A stretch of DNA of 63,854 nucleotides, counting the filler, from an uncultured Methanosarcinales archaeon (GTDB lineage Archaea; Nanobdellota; Nanobdellia; Woesearchaeales; CAZKBD01), in NCBI GenBank assembly GCA_964550945.1. It is 9 parts of 9 records of this genome, joined end to end, with 100 filler letters (N's around TTAATTAATTAA, not from the genome) between each part and the next. Parts side by side here need not be neighbours in the genome. Positions count along the whole stretch, not along the records: positions 36,179 to 43,148 come from CAZKBD010000090.1; positions 43,249 to 50,215 come from CAZKBD010000091.1; positions 50,316 to 57,261 come from CAZKBD010000092.1; 6 more parts are not named here. One strand, given 5' to 3'. The notes below the pieces were generated by a model. It had not been told where the DNA came from. It was given only the letters and a program-made list of their open reading frames with translations, and made no database searches. A program made the position numbers and the translations under genes. Of the stretch, positions 42,410 through 52,936 are shown piece by piece. Each line of letters starts with the position of its first letter. The stretch's first letter is position 1.

Positions 42410-43015
42410 GTGTTGATAATAGTGGTATGTGACACATTTATTAAAATTTTATACGATAACCTTTCTTTTGGAATTTTCATATTACTTACTTTAATATCTG
42501 GAAGTATTATCGCCTTAGTTTATACAAACTATTTAAAACAAAATCTTGGAGAATCAGAGAATATATGGTTGAAGATATGGATTATATCAACTTATGTGAT
42601 AATCAGTGGAATAATTGTGAGTATGATAACTACATTTCTAAGGACTTATGAAATGATTTTTAATTATTCAATCTACATTAATTTTTGGACAATTATTTTA
42701 CAGATAGTAGCCACCATTGTTTTGGGATGTGGTACATTTCAATTTAGAATGCATGGTAATAGAATAATCATTTACTATACAGCCCAAATTATAAATCTTA
42801 TGAGCATAGGTCTTTGTGCGTATGGAATATATTTTTTCTCGATTAATGGACTACTTAAATTACCTCGATTTTTTCCTTGTAGTGGTTTTTATTGCATAAT
42901 TAAATTTATAGCCTATTACCTATTTGTAGGTGGAATCATATTTGTTTTGGGATATACGGGATATTATTCTATTAAACAAGTAGGCAAAGGAAAACCAAGA
43001 AAGGTTATACACTAG
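42410..43015 (+). CDS. Multi-pass membrane hypothetical protein
   Basis: About 5 hydrophobic segments. Confidence 0.65.
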   Translation: MLIIVVCDTFIKILYDNLSFGIFILLTLISGSIIALVYTNYLKQNLGESENIWLKIWIISTYVIISGIIVSMITTFLRTYEMIFNYSIYINFWTIILQIVATIVLGCGTFQFRMHGNRIIIYYTAQIINLMSIGLCAYGIYFFSINGLLKLPRFFPCSGFYCIIKFIAYYLFVGGIIFVLGYTGYYSIKQVGKGKPRKVIH

Positions 43016-43097
43016 CCATCCTAATCAACCCTAACCACTTATTTCTCCTCATCTTTTTCATCAATGCCGCCTTTAGTGTGAATAACCAACAAAAAAC

Positions 43098-43148
43098 TGT
43101 TCAATTTGATAATTAGTTTACACATTTAATAATCAGCCAAAATTCCCT
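43098..43148 (+). mobile_element. IS end B preceded by a 15-bp target site (43083-43097)
   Basis: TAACCAACAAAAAAC|TGTTCAATTTGATAATTAGTTTACAC... Confidence 0.82.
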
Positions 43149-43248
43149 NNNNNNNNNNNNNNNNNNNNNNNNNNNNNNNNNNNNNNNNNNNNTTAATTAA
43201 TTAANNNNNNNNNNNNNNNNNNNNNNNNNNNNNNNNNNNNNNNNNNNN

Positions 43249-43421
43249 ATAACCTCTTTAGTAACCTTTATCCCGCTTCTTACTATCATCCCATCATAAT
43301 CAGCAACTATCTTAATAAGCTCATCAACAGTTATTCCTGGCTTATTAACAACTGAAAATCCCCCTTCTTCTAATATTTCAATTGCCTTGGGGTTTATTTT
43401 GTCCGGAATTATAATTTTCAT
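43249..43421 (-). CDS. serA: D-3-phosphoglycerate dehydrogenase, N-terminal fragment
   Basis: MKIIIPDKINPKAIEIL...YDGMIVRSGIKVT; truncated by the contig end. Confidence 0.82.
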
Positions 43422-43424
43422 TTT

Positions 43425-44513
43425 CTACCTCCAGAACTTTTCAAGCTCTTGGGTTAGTTGTTTTATTTCATCTAAGGTTAAATCACCCAGGTGGGCTATC
43501 CTAAATGTAGTTGGTTTTCCTTCAGCAGCTAGCTTTTCATTCATCTTTCCATAGCCTGAGTCAATTGAATAACCTTTTTTTGCCATCTCTTTTTTTATTG
43601 CGCTGAAATCTACTCCTTTTGTGTTAACCATGCATGAAACAGTATCTGAATGGTATCCTTCTTCTGAGAACATCTTAAAGCCGTTCTTCGCAGCCCAGTC
43701 TCTTGTATACTTGGACATTTCCTTATGCCTCTTAAACCTATTGTCAAGACCCTCTTTTTCTATCCTTTCAAGCTGCTTCTTTAATGCATAAATATGTGGT
43801 ATTGAAGGTGTATAAGGCGTCTGGTTCTTGTCGTATGATTTTTTCAGCTCTAACAGATCAAAATAATATCCTCTTCCTGCAACTGTTTCTGCTTTTTTGT
43901 AGCACCTTGGGCTGATTGAAGCGACTGCGATGCCTGCTGGCAAGGCAATGGCCTTTTGCGAAGAAGCCAGGCAAATGTCTATGCCTAATTTGTCAACTTC
44001 TATCTTAACTCCTGCAAGGGATGAAACTGCGTCAACAAACCATAAAACATCAGGATGCTTTTTCATTACAGCAGATATTTCGTTCAGGTTGCTCATAACT
44101 CCTGTTGATGTTTCGTTATGCACAATGCAAAATGCCTCAAACTCCCCTGAAGAGAGAGCTGTATCAACATCTTTAGCCTTAACTGATTTGCCTGATTCAT
44201 ATTTTATTGATTGAACTTCCTTGCCGCATCTTTCAGATATCTCTGACCATTTTTTTGAAAAAGCGCCGTTTACTGCGTGAAGGACCTTTTTGTGAACGCA
44301 GCTCCTGACAGCCCCTTCCCAGAATCCAGAGCCGGATGATGTTGATATCAAAACATCGTTATTGGTGTAAAACAATTTTTTAAGCCATGGCTTAAGGCTT
44401 CCGAATAGTTCGATAAATTCTGGCGTCCTATGGCCTATTTGTGGCCTTGATAACTCATCTAGTATCTCTTTCCTCACTTCAGTGGGCCCGGGGATAAATA
44501 GTTTGTTTGCCAT
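43425..44513 (-). CDS. Class V PLP aminotransferase (probable phosphoserine/serine aminotransferase)
   Basis: FIPGPT, HNETSTG, VDAVSS, SSQKA and TPYTP motifs. Confidence 0.92.
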   Translation of the reverse strand: MANKLFIPGPTEVRKEILDELSRPQIGHRTPEFIELFGSLKPWLKKLFYTNNDVLISTSSGSGFWEGAVRSCVHKKVLHAVNGAFSKKWSEISERCGKEVQSIKYESGKSVKAKDVDTALSSGEFEAFCIVHNETSTGVMSNLNEISAVMKKHPDVLWFVDAVSSLAGVKIEVDKLGIDICLASSQKAIALPAGIAVASISPRCYKKAETVAGRGYYFDLLELKKSYDKNQTPYTPSIPHIYALKKQLERIEKEGLDNRFKRHKEMSKYTRDWAAKNGFKMFSEEGYHSDTVSCMVNTKGVDFSAIKKEMAKKGYSIDSGYGKMNEKLAAEGKPTTFRIAHLGDLTLDEIKQLTQELEKFWR

Positions 44514-44515
44514 TT

Positions 44516-45805
44516 TTAAGCCTCCTTCATTTTGTATATCACAATGCCGCTATATAATTTTGGATAAAAGAAAGTTGATTTTTGGGGCATAAGCTCGTTA
44601 GCCCTTGCAGTTAAGAATACTTCCCGCATCAATGGAGGGTTAAGGAAAAATCCAAATTGATAGCTGTTATCTTCTTTTAACTTATTGATTGTCTCCTGGT
44701 TTCCCTTGACAAACTCCACCTTAACCATTTCCTGGTCTTTTTCTGATATTGCTAACATTTTATCAAATATTACTTTATGAAGCACATTAGCATCTAGTTT
44801 TTTGTAGATATCTGACTTATCGTGGAAATCCTCATTTAGTATATCGCTGTTTTTCAATTTCAATATGTAAGCGGTTTTATCAATATTGCAATACATCCCA
44901 ATCAGATGATTCTTTAGATTTTTGGCTTTGTCTATAAGGATAGGCGTGTTTTCCATGGCAGAGATCATCTCTTTTTCATTTTTAACAAGCTCAACTGTAA
45001 AATCCTTTTCCAGCTTTTTGATAAGCTCCTCTTTATTGACATTTTTAAGCCCTTTAACCAGCCTGTTAGTTGGAAGTATAAACATGCCGCCGTGGAATGA
45101 GTTTACAAAAGTGGATAATGAGTATTTTGCATCCTCTAATCCAGGATGCACATCTCTGAATATCCTTCTTGTTTTATACCTATGGTGGCCGTCTGCTATT
45201 ATAACCTGGTAGTGCTCCATCTCTTTTGTTAGTTTCTTAATGATATCGTTGTTAGTTATCTTCCAAAGCCTTTGCCTTATGCCATCATCACCAAAATCCA
45301 TGTCAGGCTCTTTGCCTTCTATTTCCTTCTCTAGAATATTATCAACAACACATTGCCTGTCATCATACAAAATGAATATCTGGCCTAAGTTTGCAAAGGT
45401 TGCGTTCATAAGATTCAGCCTATCCTCTACCGGCTTTGCCATTGTTTTTTCATGGTCCAGAACGCCTTTGCCAATATCCTCAATCTTAAGCAGAGAAATA
45501 AAGCCCATTCTCTCTTTATCTTCTCCATTAATCTTGAAGGTTTGAACATAAATATATATGCAGTCTTCTTTGTCCTGGACAATCACTCCTTGTTTAATCC
45601 ACTCATCAAGCAGGTTAGCCGCTTTCTCATATTTATCTTCGCCTTTTGCCAAGGTTATCCTGCTTAGATTATAAGGAGATTTTTTGTAGAACTTATCCCG
45701 CTCTTGTTCATTTATCACATCATAAGGAGGAGTAATAACTAAGCTGAAGTCTTTTACCTTTTCTTTATTGTATCTTAGCCCATGAAATGGCTTTATGGCT
45801 ACCAT
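44516..45805 (-). CDS. DUF1015 family protein
   Basis: Start reassigned to MVAIKPF. PPYDVI, HEKT, IADGHHRY and MPQKSTFFYPKL motifs. Confidence 0.9.
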   Translation of the reverse strand: MVAIKPFHGLRYNKEKVKDFSLVITPPYDVINEQERDKFYKKSPYNLSRITLAKGEDKYEKAANLLDEWIKQGVIVQDKEDCIYIYVQTFKINGEDKERMGFISLLKIEDIGKGVLDHEKTMAKPVEDRLNLMNATFANLGQIFILYDDRQCVVDNILEKEIEGKEPDMDFGDDGIRQRLWKITNNDIIKKLTKEMEHYQVIIADGHHRYKTRRIFRDVHPGLEDAKYSLSTFVNSFHGGMFILPTNRLVKGLKNVNKEELIKKLEKDFTVELVKNEKEMISAMENTPILIDKAKNLKNHLIGMYCNIDKTAYILKLKNSDILNEDFHDKSDIYKKLDANVLHKVIFDKMLAISEKDQEMVKVEFVKGNQETINKLKEDNSYQFGFFLNPPLMREVFLTARANELMPQKSTFFYPKLYSGIVIYKMKEA

Positions 45806-45848
45806 TATAACACCCAGTTGCTTTGTTAACAAAGGATTTAAAAAGCAT

Positions 45849-45918
45849 TTGACATAAATTTTCAATTTTATGGAAAATTTGACAAATTTAGCAAAGATTT
45901 TTAAATATTGACACATTT
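45849..45918. promoter_or_regulatory. Three phased TTGACA direct repeats in a divergent promoter
   Basis: TTGACA at 45849, 45879 and 45908, each followed by an AT-rich tract. Confidence 0.4.
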
Positions 45919-45929
45919 ATAGATGCGCC

Positions 45930-46586
45930 ATGATAAGGAAACCGGAAAATATAAGGGAATTTGTATGGAAGATAATAGATACAGACATATCCTTAAAGAA
46001 AGACCTGTCTAGAAGCTTGATTAATGTCAGGTCATTAGCAAACTATCTCATCAGCAAGCATAAGGTCAACATCTCCCTTGACTCTGTGATAAGCGCTATA
46101 AGAAGATATCCAACGAGCCCTGAGAAGAAGCGCGACAGCAGCGAGGTTTACAGCCTGTTAAAGCAGGCTAAGATAAGGACTATAACAAAGATGGCGAGCA
46201 TATCCTTAAAGAAAAATGAGGAGACAACCCTAAAATTAGGAGAGGCTCTTCCAAATGTTAATTTTGAGATTGGAGAGGTTTTAAGGGTTCTGGAAGGGGC
46301 TAAACTGTTCAAGATAATTATTGATAAAAAAAGCTTTGACAAGATGTATGCTTCATTTGGGAAGAAAAATATAGTTGAGTATGATAAAAATATCGGCATG
46401 ATTGAGATATCTTATCCTGATGTCCTGAAAAAGACGCCCGGTGTTTTCTCAGCAATATCCGGAGAGTTGGGGCAGAATGATATAAGCATCATTGATGCTT
46501 TGATAATATCCAACGAGCATATAATTGTTGTTGATGAAAAAGATTTGTTAAAAGCTTTTGAGATAGTGTATAATCTGTGCAGTTAG
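45930..46586 (+). CDS. ACT-domain-containing putative transcriptional regulator
   Basis: INVRSLA...SAIRRY N-terminal helical domain; TPGVFSAISGELGQNDISI ACT-like C-terminus. Confidence 0.75.
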   Translation: MIRKPENIREFVWKIIDTDISLKKDLSRSLINVRSLANYLISKHKVNISLDSVISAIRRYPTSPEKKRDSSEVYSLLKQAKIRTITKMASISLKKNEETTLKLGEALPNVNFEIGEVLRVLEGAKLFKIIIDKKSFDKMYASFGKKNIVEYDKNIGMIEISYPDVLKKTPGVFSAISGELGQNDISIIDALIISNEHIIVVDEKDLLKAFEIVYNLCS

Positions 46587-47803
46587 CGGTTCTTAAGTAG
46601 GGTTTGCATTAAACATTTACCATAGATAGCCCCTAATGAACCAGCCCTACATTCCTTTTCTCCGAATTTGGTGGCATTATCTGATTTTCCAGCTCCATAT
46701 ACCAATAAGGGCACTGGATCTCCAGAATGATCTTTATGACTGCAAGGAGTGGAGTGGTCGGCTGTTATAACGATTATAGCATTAACATCCATCAAAACTT
46801 TCAACGCACTATCAATCTTTTCAATAAATTCTTTTTTTCCCTTGCAATCTCCATTCTCTCCATAAATATCTGTGGGCTTAACATGCACAAATACAAAATT
46901 ATATTTTTTTAACGCTTTTTTTGCTGCCTCAAATTTGGCTTTTATATTGGTATTTGGCAGACCAGTAGCTCCGTTTACATTTATTAGCTCCATTCCTGCA
47001 ATAGAGCCTAATCCTTTGTAAAGGCCTGCTCCTGCAATACAACATGAATCTAAATTATATTTTTCTTTAAATGATTTCAATTGTTTATAATAACCTGGCC
47101 CACGAGTTAAAAGATAATTGCCTCTTAACTTTCCTTGTTTTTCTCTTTTATCATTTAATGGGCTTTTTTCAAGAATCTCATGAGCTTTTTCCAAAAATTT
47201 CTGCAAAACAGAAGCGGTAAATTTAGCTTCTTTTGTTTTATCTAATGGGTCTATTGTGTTCACTTTATGATTCAGCCAATCATCAACAACCTTTGATTCA
47301 GTAACATAATGCACATCTGAGTTGGATATTTTATCTGATAAGCCTTTACCTCTCATCACAATTGCTACTCTATGGCCGGTTCCTGGTTTTACTATAAATT
47401 TGACTCCTTCAATTTCCATGCCACCCAACTCTTTTACAAATTTGGATGTGTCCTCAATCCTTCCACACCTTCTATCTTTAACCCTCAACTCTTGGTCAAC
47501 TGTTGCGAGATTACTTCTAATGGCTACATCCCCAGCCTGTAATTTAATGCCAAGACCAGCTGCCTCGATTGGACCGCGTCCTGGATAATCCTTTTTTAGA
47601 TCGTAACCAAATAAGGTTAGATGAGCTTCATCGCTATTGGGCCTTATGTTTTCACCAAGAACATGCATAATACCTATTGCGCCTTCTCTGGCTAATTTAT
47701 TCATATTTGGCGTTGATGCTGCCTCTAATGGAGTCTTATTGCCAAATTCTTTTATTGGCAAATCACCCATCCCATCACAAATTATTAGGATAATCTTTTT
47801 CAT
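46583..47803 (-). CDS. apgM: 2,3-bisphosphoglycerate-independent phosphoglycerate mutase
   Basis: DGMGD, TPLEAA, GRGPIEAAG, TADHSTP and HSGDPVP motifs. Confidence 0.93.
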   Translation of the reverse strand: MKKIILIICDGMGDLPIKEFGNKTPLEAASTPNMNKLAREGAIGIMHVLGENIRPNSDEAHLTLFGYDLKKDYPGRGPIEAAGLGIKLQAGDVAIRSNLATVDQELRVKDRRCGRIEDTSKFVKELGGMEIEGVKFIVKPGTGHRVAIVMRGKGLSDKISNSDVHYVTESKVVDDWLNHKVNTIDPLDKTKEAKFTASVLQKFLEKAHEILEKSPLNDKREKQGKLRGNYLLTRGPGYYKQLKSFKEKYNLDSCCIAGAGLYKGLGSIAGMELINVNGATGLPNTNIKAKFEAAKKALKKYNFVFVHVKPTDIYGENGDCKGKKEFIEKIDSALKVLMDVNAIIVITADHSTPCSHKDHSGDPVPLLVYGAGKSDNATKFGEKECRAGSLGAIYGKCLMQTLLKNR

Positions 47804-47847
47804 TGTATGTATGATTCCAGTTTAATTATTTGGATCATTAGCCCTGC

Positions 47848-49137
47848 TTATTTGAGATTAATTTTCCTAAAATCCTTTCCAGCGTATTTTGCTTTGCTGC
47901 CAAGCTCTTCTTCTATCCTTAGAAGCTGGTTGTATTTTGAATTCCTATCGCTTCTTGCAGGAGCTCCTGTCTTTATCTGGCCTGCATTAACGCCAACTAC
48001 TAAATCAGCAATAAAGCTGTCTTCAGTTTCGCCTGACCTGTGCGAAACAACCGCGGTCCAATTATTATCAAAAGCCATCTTTATCGCATTCAATGTTTCT
48101 GTGACAGAACCAATCTGGTTTACCTTTATCAAAACTGAGTTTGCTGCTGATAATTCAATCCCTTTTTTGATCCTTTTGGTGTTTGTAACAAACAGATCAT
48201 CACCAACAATCTGTATCTTTTTTCCTAGCTTCTTTGTCAGTTCCTGCCAGGATTCCCAGTCATCTTCTGCAAGCCCGTCTTCAATGCTGACTATAGTATA
48301 TGTGTTGACTAAATCAGAATAAAAATCAACCATCTCGCTTCCATCCATTTCCTTTCCATCTACTGTATAGGTGCCATCTTTGAAGAATTCTGATGAGGCA
48401 GGATCTAATGTGAATACTATTTCTTTTTCATAACCTGCTTGTTTTGCTGCTTCTGTCATTAAATCCAATCTTTCATTAACTGTTTTTAGTTGAGATGGCG
48501 CAAAACCACCTTCATCACCTATTAAAGTTGCTCCTGCTCCGAATTTGGTTTTTAGCAATCTGCTTAAAGTGTGATATGTTTCAGATACCATGCGGATCCC
48601 TTCTCTAAAATTTTTGGCGCCAACAGGCATTATCATGTGCTCTTGTATAGAATTCTCTTGGCCAGCATGCTTTCCGCCATTAATCACATTGCACATCGGG
48701 ACAGGCAAGGTTTTTGGAGTTGTGCCGAATAATTTCCCTATGTAGCCATAAACAGGCATATTCAAAGCTGCTGCTCCTGCTTTTACAGCTGCCATAGAAA
48801 CAGGCAGGATTGCATTTGCCCCTAATTTGTTTTTGTTTTCAGTGCCATCTAATTCTAATATTATGGAATCTATCTCTTTCTGTTTTGTGCAATCCATTCC
48901 AGTAATCTTTGGAGAGATTAGTTTGTTAACATTATCAACTGCTTTGAGAACTCCCTTGCCCATATACCTTTTTTTATCATTATCTCTTAACTCAAGAGCT
49001 TCGTGTGAGCCAGCAGAAGCTCCGCTTGGAACCATTGCCCTAAAAAGACCTTCTTTGGTTATCAAATCAACTTCAACAGTAGGATTTCCCCTTGAATCAA
49101 GAACTTCCCTTGCGTGGATTTTTTGAATTTTACTCAT
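47848..49137 (-). CDS. eno: Enolase
   Basis: [27 protein letters not shown] and SHRSGET motifs. Confidence 0.98.
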   Translation of the reverse strand: MSKIQKIHAREVLDSRGNPTVEVDLITKEGLFRAMVPSGASAGSHEALELRDNDKKRYMGKGVLKAVDNVNKLISPKITGMDCTKQKEIDSIILELDGTENKNKLGANAILPVSMAAVKAGAAALNMPVYGYIGKLFGTTPKTLPVPMCNVINGGKHAGQENSIQEHMIMPVGAKNFREGIRMVSETYHTLSRLLKTKFGAGATLIGDEGGFAPSQLKTVNERLDLMTEAAKQAGYEKEIVFTLDPASSEFFKDGTYTVDGKEMDGSEMVDFYSDLVNTYTIVSIEDGLAEDDWESWQELTKKLGKKIQIVGDDLFVTNTKRIKKGIELSAANSVLIKVNQIGSVTETLNAIKMAFDNNWTAVVSHRSGETEDSFIADLVVGVNAGQIKTGAPARSDRNSKYNQLLRIEEELGSKAKYAGKDFRKINLK

Positions 49138-49191
49138 TTCAAACCTCCAGTAATCATCTGCCTATTAAGATAAGAACGCAGCTTTATTAAT

Positions 49192-50215
49192 TTATCTGTT
49201 GTTGATTTTTGTTAAATAGCCTAATGCAGCCTTATTATTAGGGTCTAAGGCAAGCATATTATCAAAAGTTTCTTTAGCCTTGTCAAATTGCCCCAGCTTT
49301 ATTAAGGTTATACCAAGATTCTTCAGTGTTTCAATGTCTTCAGGGTCCATCTTTAAAGCCTTTTCAAAGTGTTCCAACGCATCTTTATATTGATTGTCCA
49401 TAGCGCAAACAACACCCATATTGTTGGATGCCAAGCTGTTCCCCTTGTTTTTCTCGATTGCCATGTAGAAGAATAGTTTTGCCTGGTTTAGCTCACCTTC
49501 ATTAAGAAAGATAGCGCCTAGATTATTAAAAGACTGTGAATCACTATACTGGTCAATAAATCCCCTTAACTCGTCTTCGCTATAATCAAAATAGGGCTTG
49601 TTGCTCTTAAAAAAATCATTTATCAAAAGAAACCACCTTTCAATATCTTCTTTAGTATTATCAAAAAAATAATTAATTGGATTTATTGAATCTTCAAGCC
49701 AGATGCTCTCTTTAATATATCTTTTATCCAATGAATCCTGATAAATTTTTGTACCTGGAGTTATCTCCATAATTGACGGCTGTATAGCTAACGGCTTTGT
49801 CTCTTTGATCAGATCTATCGTCTCTTTTATTGTTTCGTCATCTTCACCAGGGCTGCCGACAATCAGAAAGAAATTCATGAATAACCCGTACTTTCTTGTC
49901 AATTTTGCTGCATCTATTATCTGCTCTTTTGTCGTAAATTTCTTGATATTTTTTAATATTTTCTCTGACCCGCTTTCAATTCCATAGCTTATTGAAACAC
50001 AGCCTGCGTTTTTCATCCATTCCAGGCGCTCTTCATCAATAAAATTCACTCTAGAGCGGCAATCCCATACAATCTGCAGTTTTCTATCAATAATCTCCTT
50101 GCATATACCTATAACTCTTTGCTTGTCTGCAGTGAATGTGTCATCAGAAAAAATAAAGAAAGCTCTGCTGTATTTTTTATTCAATAACTCGATTTCATCG
50201 ACAACATTTTTCGCG
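49192..50215 (-). CDS. Class B-like radical SAM protein with C-terminal TPR repeats (5'-truncated)
   Basis: SDDTF, GIESGS, VGSPGE and PGT motifs, then three TPR-like repeats. Confidence 0.82.
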
Positions 50216-50315
50216 NNNNNNNNNNNNNNNNNNNNNNNNNNNNNNNNNNNNNNNNNNNNTTAATTAATTAANNNNNNNNNNNNNNNNNNNNNNNNNNNNN
50301 NNNNNNNNNNNNNNN

Positions 50316-50369
50316 GTTTAAAAAGCACCTGTATACTGCAGAAGTGTCAACTAATTACCGAATTATTCA
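50316..50369 (+). mobile_element. IS end A followed by a 15-bp target site (50370-50384)
   Basis: ...GTGTCAACTAATTACCGAATTATTCA|TAACCAACAAAAAAC. Confidence 0.82.
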
Positions 50370-50420
50370 TAACCAACAAAAAACAAAAACCTTTATAAAT
50401 AAGTTCCCTTTCCTTATTCT

Positions 50421-51446
50421 ATGGAAAGGGGTGACATGAAATATAAAATAGCCACTCTTGGCTCTCATTCTGCGCTGCAAATACTGAAAGGAGCGAAGGA
50501 CGAAGGATTTTCTACAGTTGCTGTCTGTGTCAAAGGGACAGAAAAGCTATACGAATCATTTAAGGTTGCAGATGAGATAATCTCTATTAGCGGTTATAGC
50601 TACTTTAAAGACATCCAAGAGAAGCTGCTAAAAAGAAACGCCATACTTATCCCTCATGCTTCTTTTATTGCGTATATGGGCATAGAATCCATTGAAAAGC
50701 TAAAAGTGCCTTATTACGGCAACAAAAAGATTCTAAGATGGGAATCTGACCGTAGCATGGAAAGAAGATGGCTAAAGCAGGCTAATCTAAAACTCCCAAA
50801 GATATTTACCAATCCCCAGGACATTGACAGGCCTGTTATTGTCAAATTCCACGGCGCAGATGGCGGCAGGGGTTATTTCCTTGCAAAAGACCACAACGAT
50901 TTCAAGAAAAAGATCATGCTGCATTCAAAAAAGAAATATGTTATACAGGAATACATACTTGGAGTCCATATGTATGCTCATTACTTCTACTCTCCTTTAA
51001 CCGGAGAATTAGAAATCATGGGTTTTGACAAAAGATATGAAAGCAATGTTGACAGCTTAGGAAGAATCTCAGCGAGAGACCAGATGGCGCTGCCTAAAGA
51101 ACAGGTAGACCCCAGCTATGTTATTGTTGGGAATATCCCTGTTGTAGTAAGAGAGTCATTCCTTCCAAGGTATTTTGAGATGGGAGAGGATGTTGTTAAG
51201 ATTTCAAAGAAGATTGCTCCGCCTGGCTTATATGGCCCATTCTGCCTTGAATCAGTTATCACTCCAGACCAGGAGATTATTGTTTTTGAGATCTCAGCAA
51301 GGATAGTTGCAGGAACCAACCCTTACATCCATGGAAGCCCTTATACATGGCTGAAATACAAAGAGCCGATGTCAACTGGCAGAAGGATTGCCAGGGATAT
51401 TAAGATGGCAATTGAGCAGAACAAGCTTGATAAGGTATTAGGATGA
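50421..51446 (+). CDS. purP: FAICAR synthetase PurP
   Basis: IATLGSHSALQI, GGRGYF, RYESNVD, GPFCLE and FEISARIVAGTN motifs. Confidence 0.93.
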   Translation: MERGDMKYKIATLGSHSALQILKGAKDEGFSTVAVCVKGTEKLYESFKVADEIISISGYSYFKDIQEKLLKRNAILIPHASFIAYMGIESIEKLKVPYYGNKKILRWESDRSMERRWLKQANLKLPKIFTNPQDIDRPVIVKFHGADGGRGYFLAKDHNDFKKKIMLHSKKKYVIQEYILGVHMYAHYFYSPLTGELEIMGFDKRYESNVDSLGRISARDQMALPKEQVDPSYVIVGNIPVVVRESFLPRYFEMGEDVVKISKKIAPPGLYGPFCLESVITPDQEIIVFEISARIVAGTNPYIHGSPYTWLKYKEPMSTGRRIARDIKMAIEQNKLDKVLG

Positions 51447-52558
51447 TAAATTCAAAACAAATATCCAAAATTTTGGAAAATTATGATAAAAATAATATTC
51501 ATATTGGCGTCCTTGGCGGCCATTCTGCTTTAGATGTTGGAAGAGGAGCAAAAAAACTTGGATTTAAGACAGTTGTTGTTGCAGCGAAAGGAAGAGAAAA
51601 AACTTATGCAAAGTATTACAAAAATCTTTTTGACGAAGTAATTGTTGTAGACAAGTTCAAAGACATTGTTAAGCTGGAAATCCAGGAAAAACTAAGAAAC
51701 CTTAACACAATATTCATCCATAACCGTTATTTCTGGGTCTATTTTGACAATTACAAGGATATTGAAAACAAATTCTTAGTCCCTATCTTTGGAACAAGAG
51801 ACATGGTAAAATTAGAAGAAAGGGATCAACCAAATAATCAATATCACTTATTAAAAAAAGCAGGCATAAGGATGCCAAAGATATTTGAAAACCCAAAAAA
51901 GATAAACTGCTTAGTTATTGTAAAGGTTGCAGAGGCAAAAAGAGGCTATGAAAGGGCATTCTTTTTCTGTAACGACTACAAAAGTTATACAGCCAAATCA
52001 AATGAGCTGTTAAATAAAAAAGTAATAACAAAACAAGCTCTAAACAAAGCAGCCATTGAAGAATATATAATTGGCGCTCAGGTTAATTTTAATTATTTCT
52101 ACTCAGTATTAGATGACGAGCTAGAGCTAATGGGCACTGATACAAGAAGGCAAACTAATCTAGATGGACTATTAAGATTGCCATCAGATGTCCAATTAGA
52201 AGTTTTAAAATACCTCCAGCCAAAATTAATAGAAACAGGCCATATTGCAGTAACAACCAAAGAATCTATCCTGGAAAAAATATTCGAGATTGGAGAAAAA
52301 TTTGTTGCAGCATGCAAAAAAGAACACGCTCCAGGAATTATAGGGCCATTTGCATTGCAAGGCGCAGTTTCTGCAGAAGAAGGCAGGGAAGAGCTGGTCA
52401 TATTTGATGTTTCAATGAGGATACCGGGAAGCCCTGGCACAATGTTCACCCCCTATACAGCTTACAAATATCTTGAGCCAATAAGCTATGGCGAAAGGAT
52501 AGCAATGGAAATAAAAAAAGCAATAAAAAATGGCAGACTTGACTCAATTTGTACCTAA
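51443..52558 (+). CDS. purP: PurP-like paralog (ATP-grasp)
   Basis: GVLGGHSALD, ERAFF, DTRRQTNLDG, GPFALQ and FDVSMRIPGSPG motifs. Confidence 0.88.
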   Translation: MINSKQISKILENYDKNNIHIGVLGGHSALDVGRGAKKLGFKTVVVAAKGREKTYAKYYKNLFDEVIVVDKFKDIVKLEIQEKLRNLNTIFIHNRYFWVYFDNYKDIENKFLVPIFGTRDMVKLEERDQPNNQYHLLKKAGIRMPKIFENPKKINCLVIVKVAEAKRGYERAFFFCNDYKSYTAKSNELLNKKVITKQALNKAAIEEYIIGAQVNFNYFYSVLDDELELMGTDTRRQTNLDGLLRLPSDVQLEVLKYLQPKLIETGHIAVTTKESILEKIFEIGEKFVAACKKEHAPGIIGPFALQGAVSAEEGREELVIFDVSMRIPGSPGTMFTPYTAYKYLEPISYGERIAMEIKKAIKNGRLDSICT

Positions 52559-52928
52559 AGCAGCTGAAGAGCTTATTAAATTTGCTCCAAAGGAAGGGCT
52601 GGGCTTGCTTTGGACATTGGTTACAGTTTGGATTTTGATTATAGTATCTTCATTGCCCTTGTACATCTCGTTGAAGCTTTTTTTTGCAAAAAAAGCCTCT
52701 ATATTAAGGGTCTTTTTAGTCAATCTTATTGTCGGGTTTCTTGTCGCAGTCATTAAATATTACTTTGCAATACTAGGCGGCATTATTGCTTTTGTCTTAT
52801 TGTTATTCATATACAAAATTGCTTTTGGAATTGGATGGATTAGGGCAATACTTGTATGGCTGCTGCAATTTGTGATATTGGCAGCCCTGGCATTTGCACT
52901 AGCATTGATTGGGATTAATCTGCTTTAG
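52530..52928 (+). CDS. Small membrane protein
   Basis: 132 aa, 4 hydrophobic segments, within the operon. Confidence 0.7.
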   Translation: MADLTQFVPKAAEELIKFAPKEGLGLLWTLVTVWILIIVSSLPLYISLKLFFAKKASILRVFLVNLIVGFLVAVIKYYFAILGGIIAFVLLLFIYKIAFGIGWIRAILVWLLQFVILAALAFALALIGINLL

Positions 52929-52936
52929 AGGTAAAA

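Noticed and set aside
43083..43148. Casposon, suggested by the 15-bp target duplication
   Set aside because: No cas1 or polB visible. The TG...CA imperfect ends and multiple copies fit a DDE insertion sequence better.
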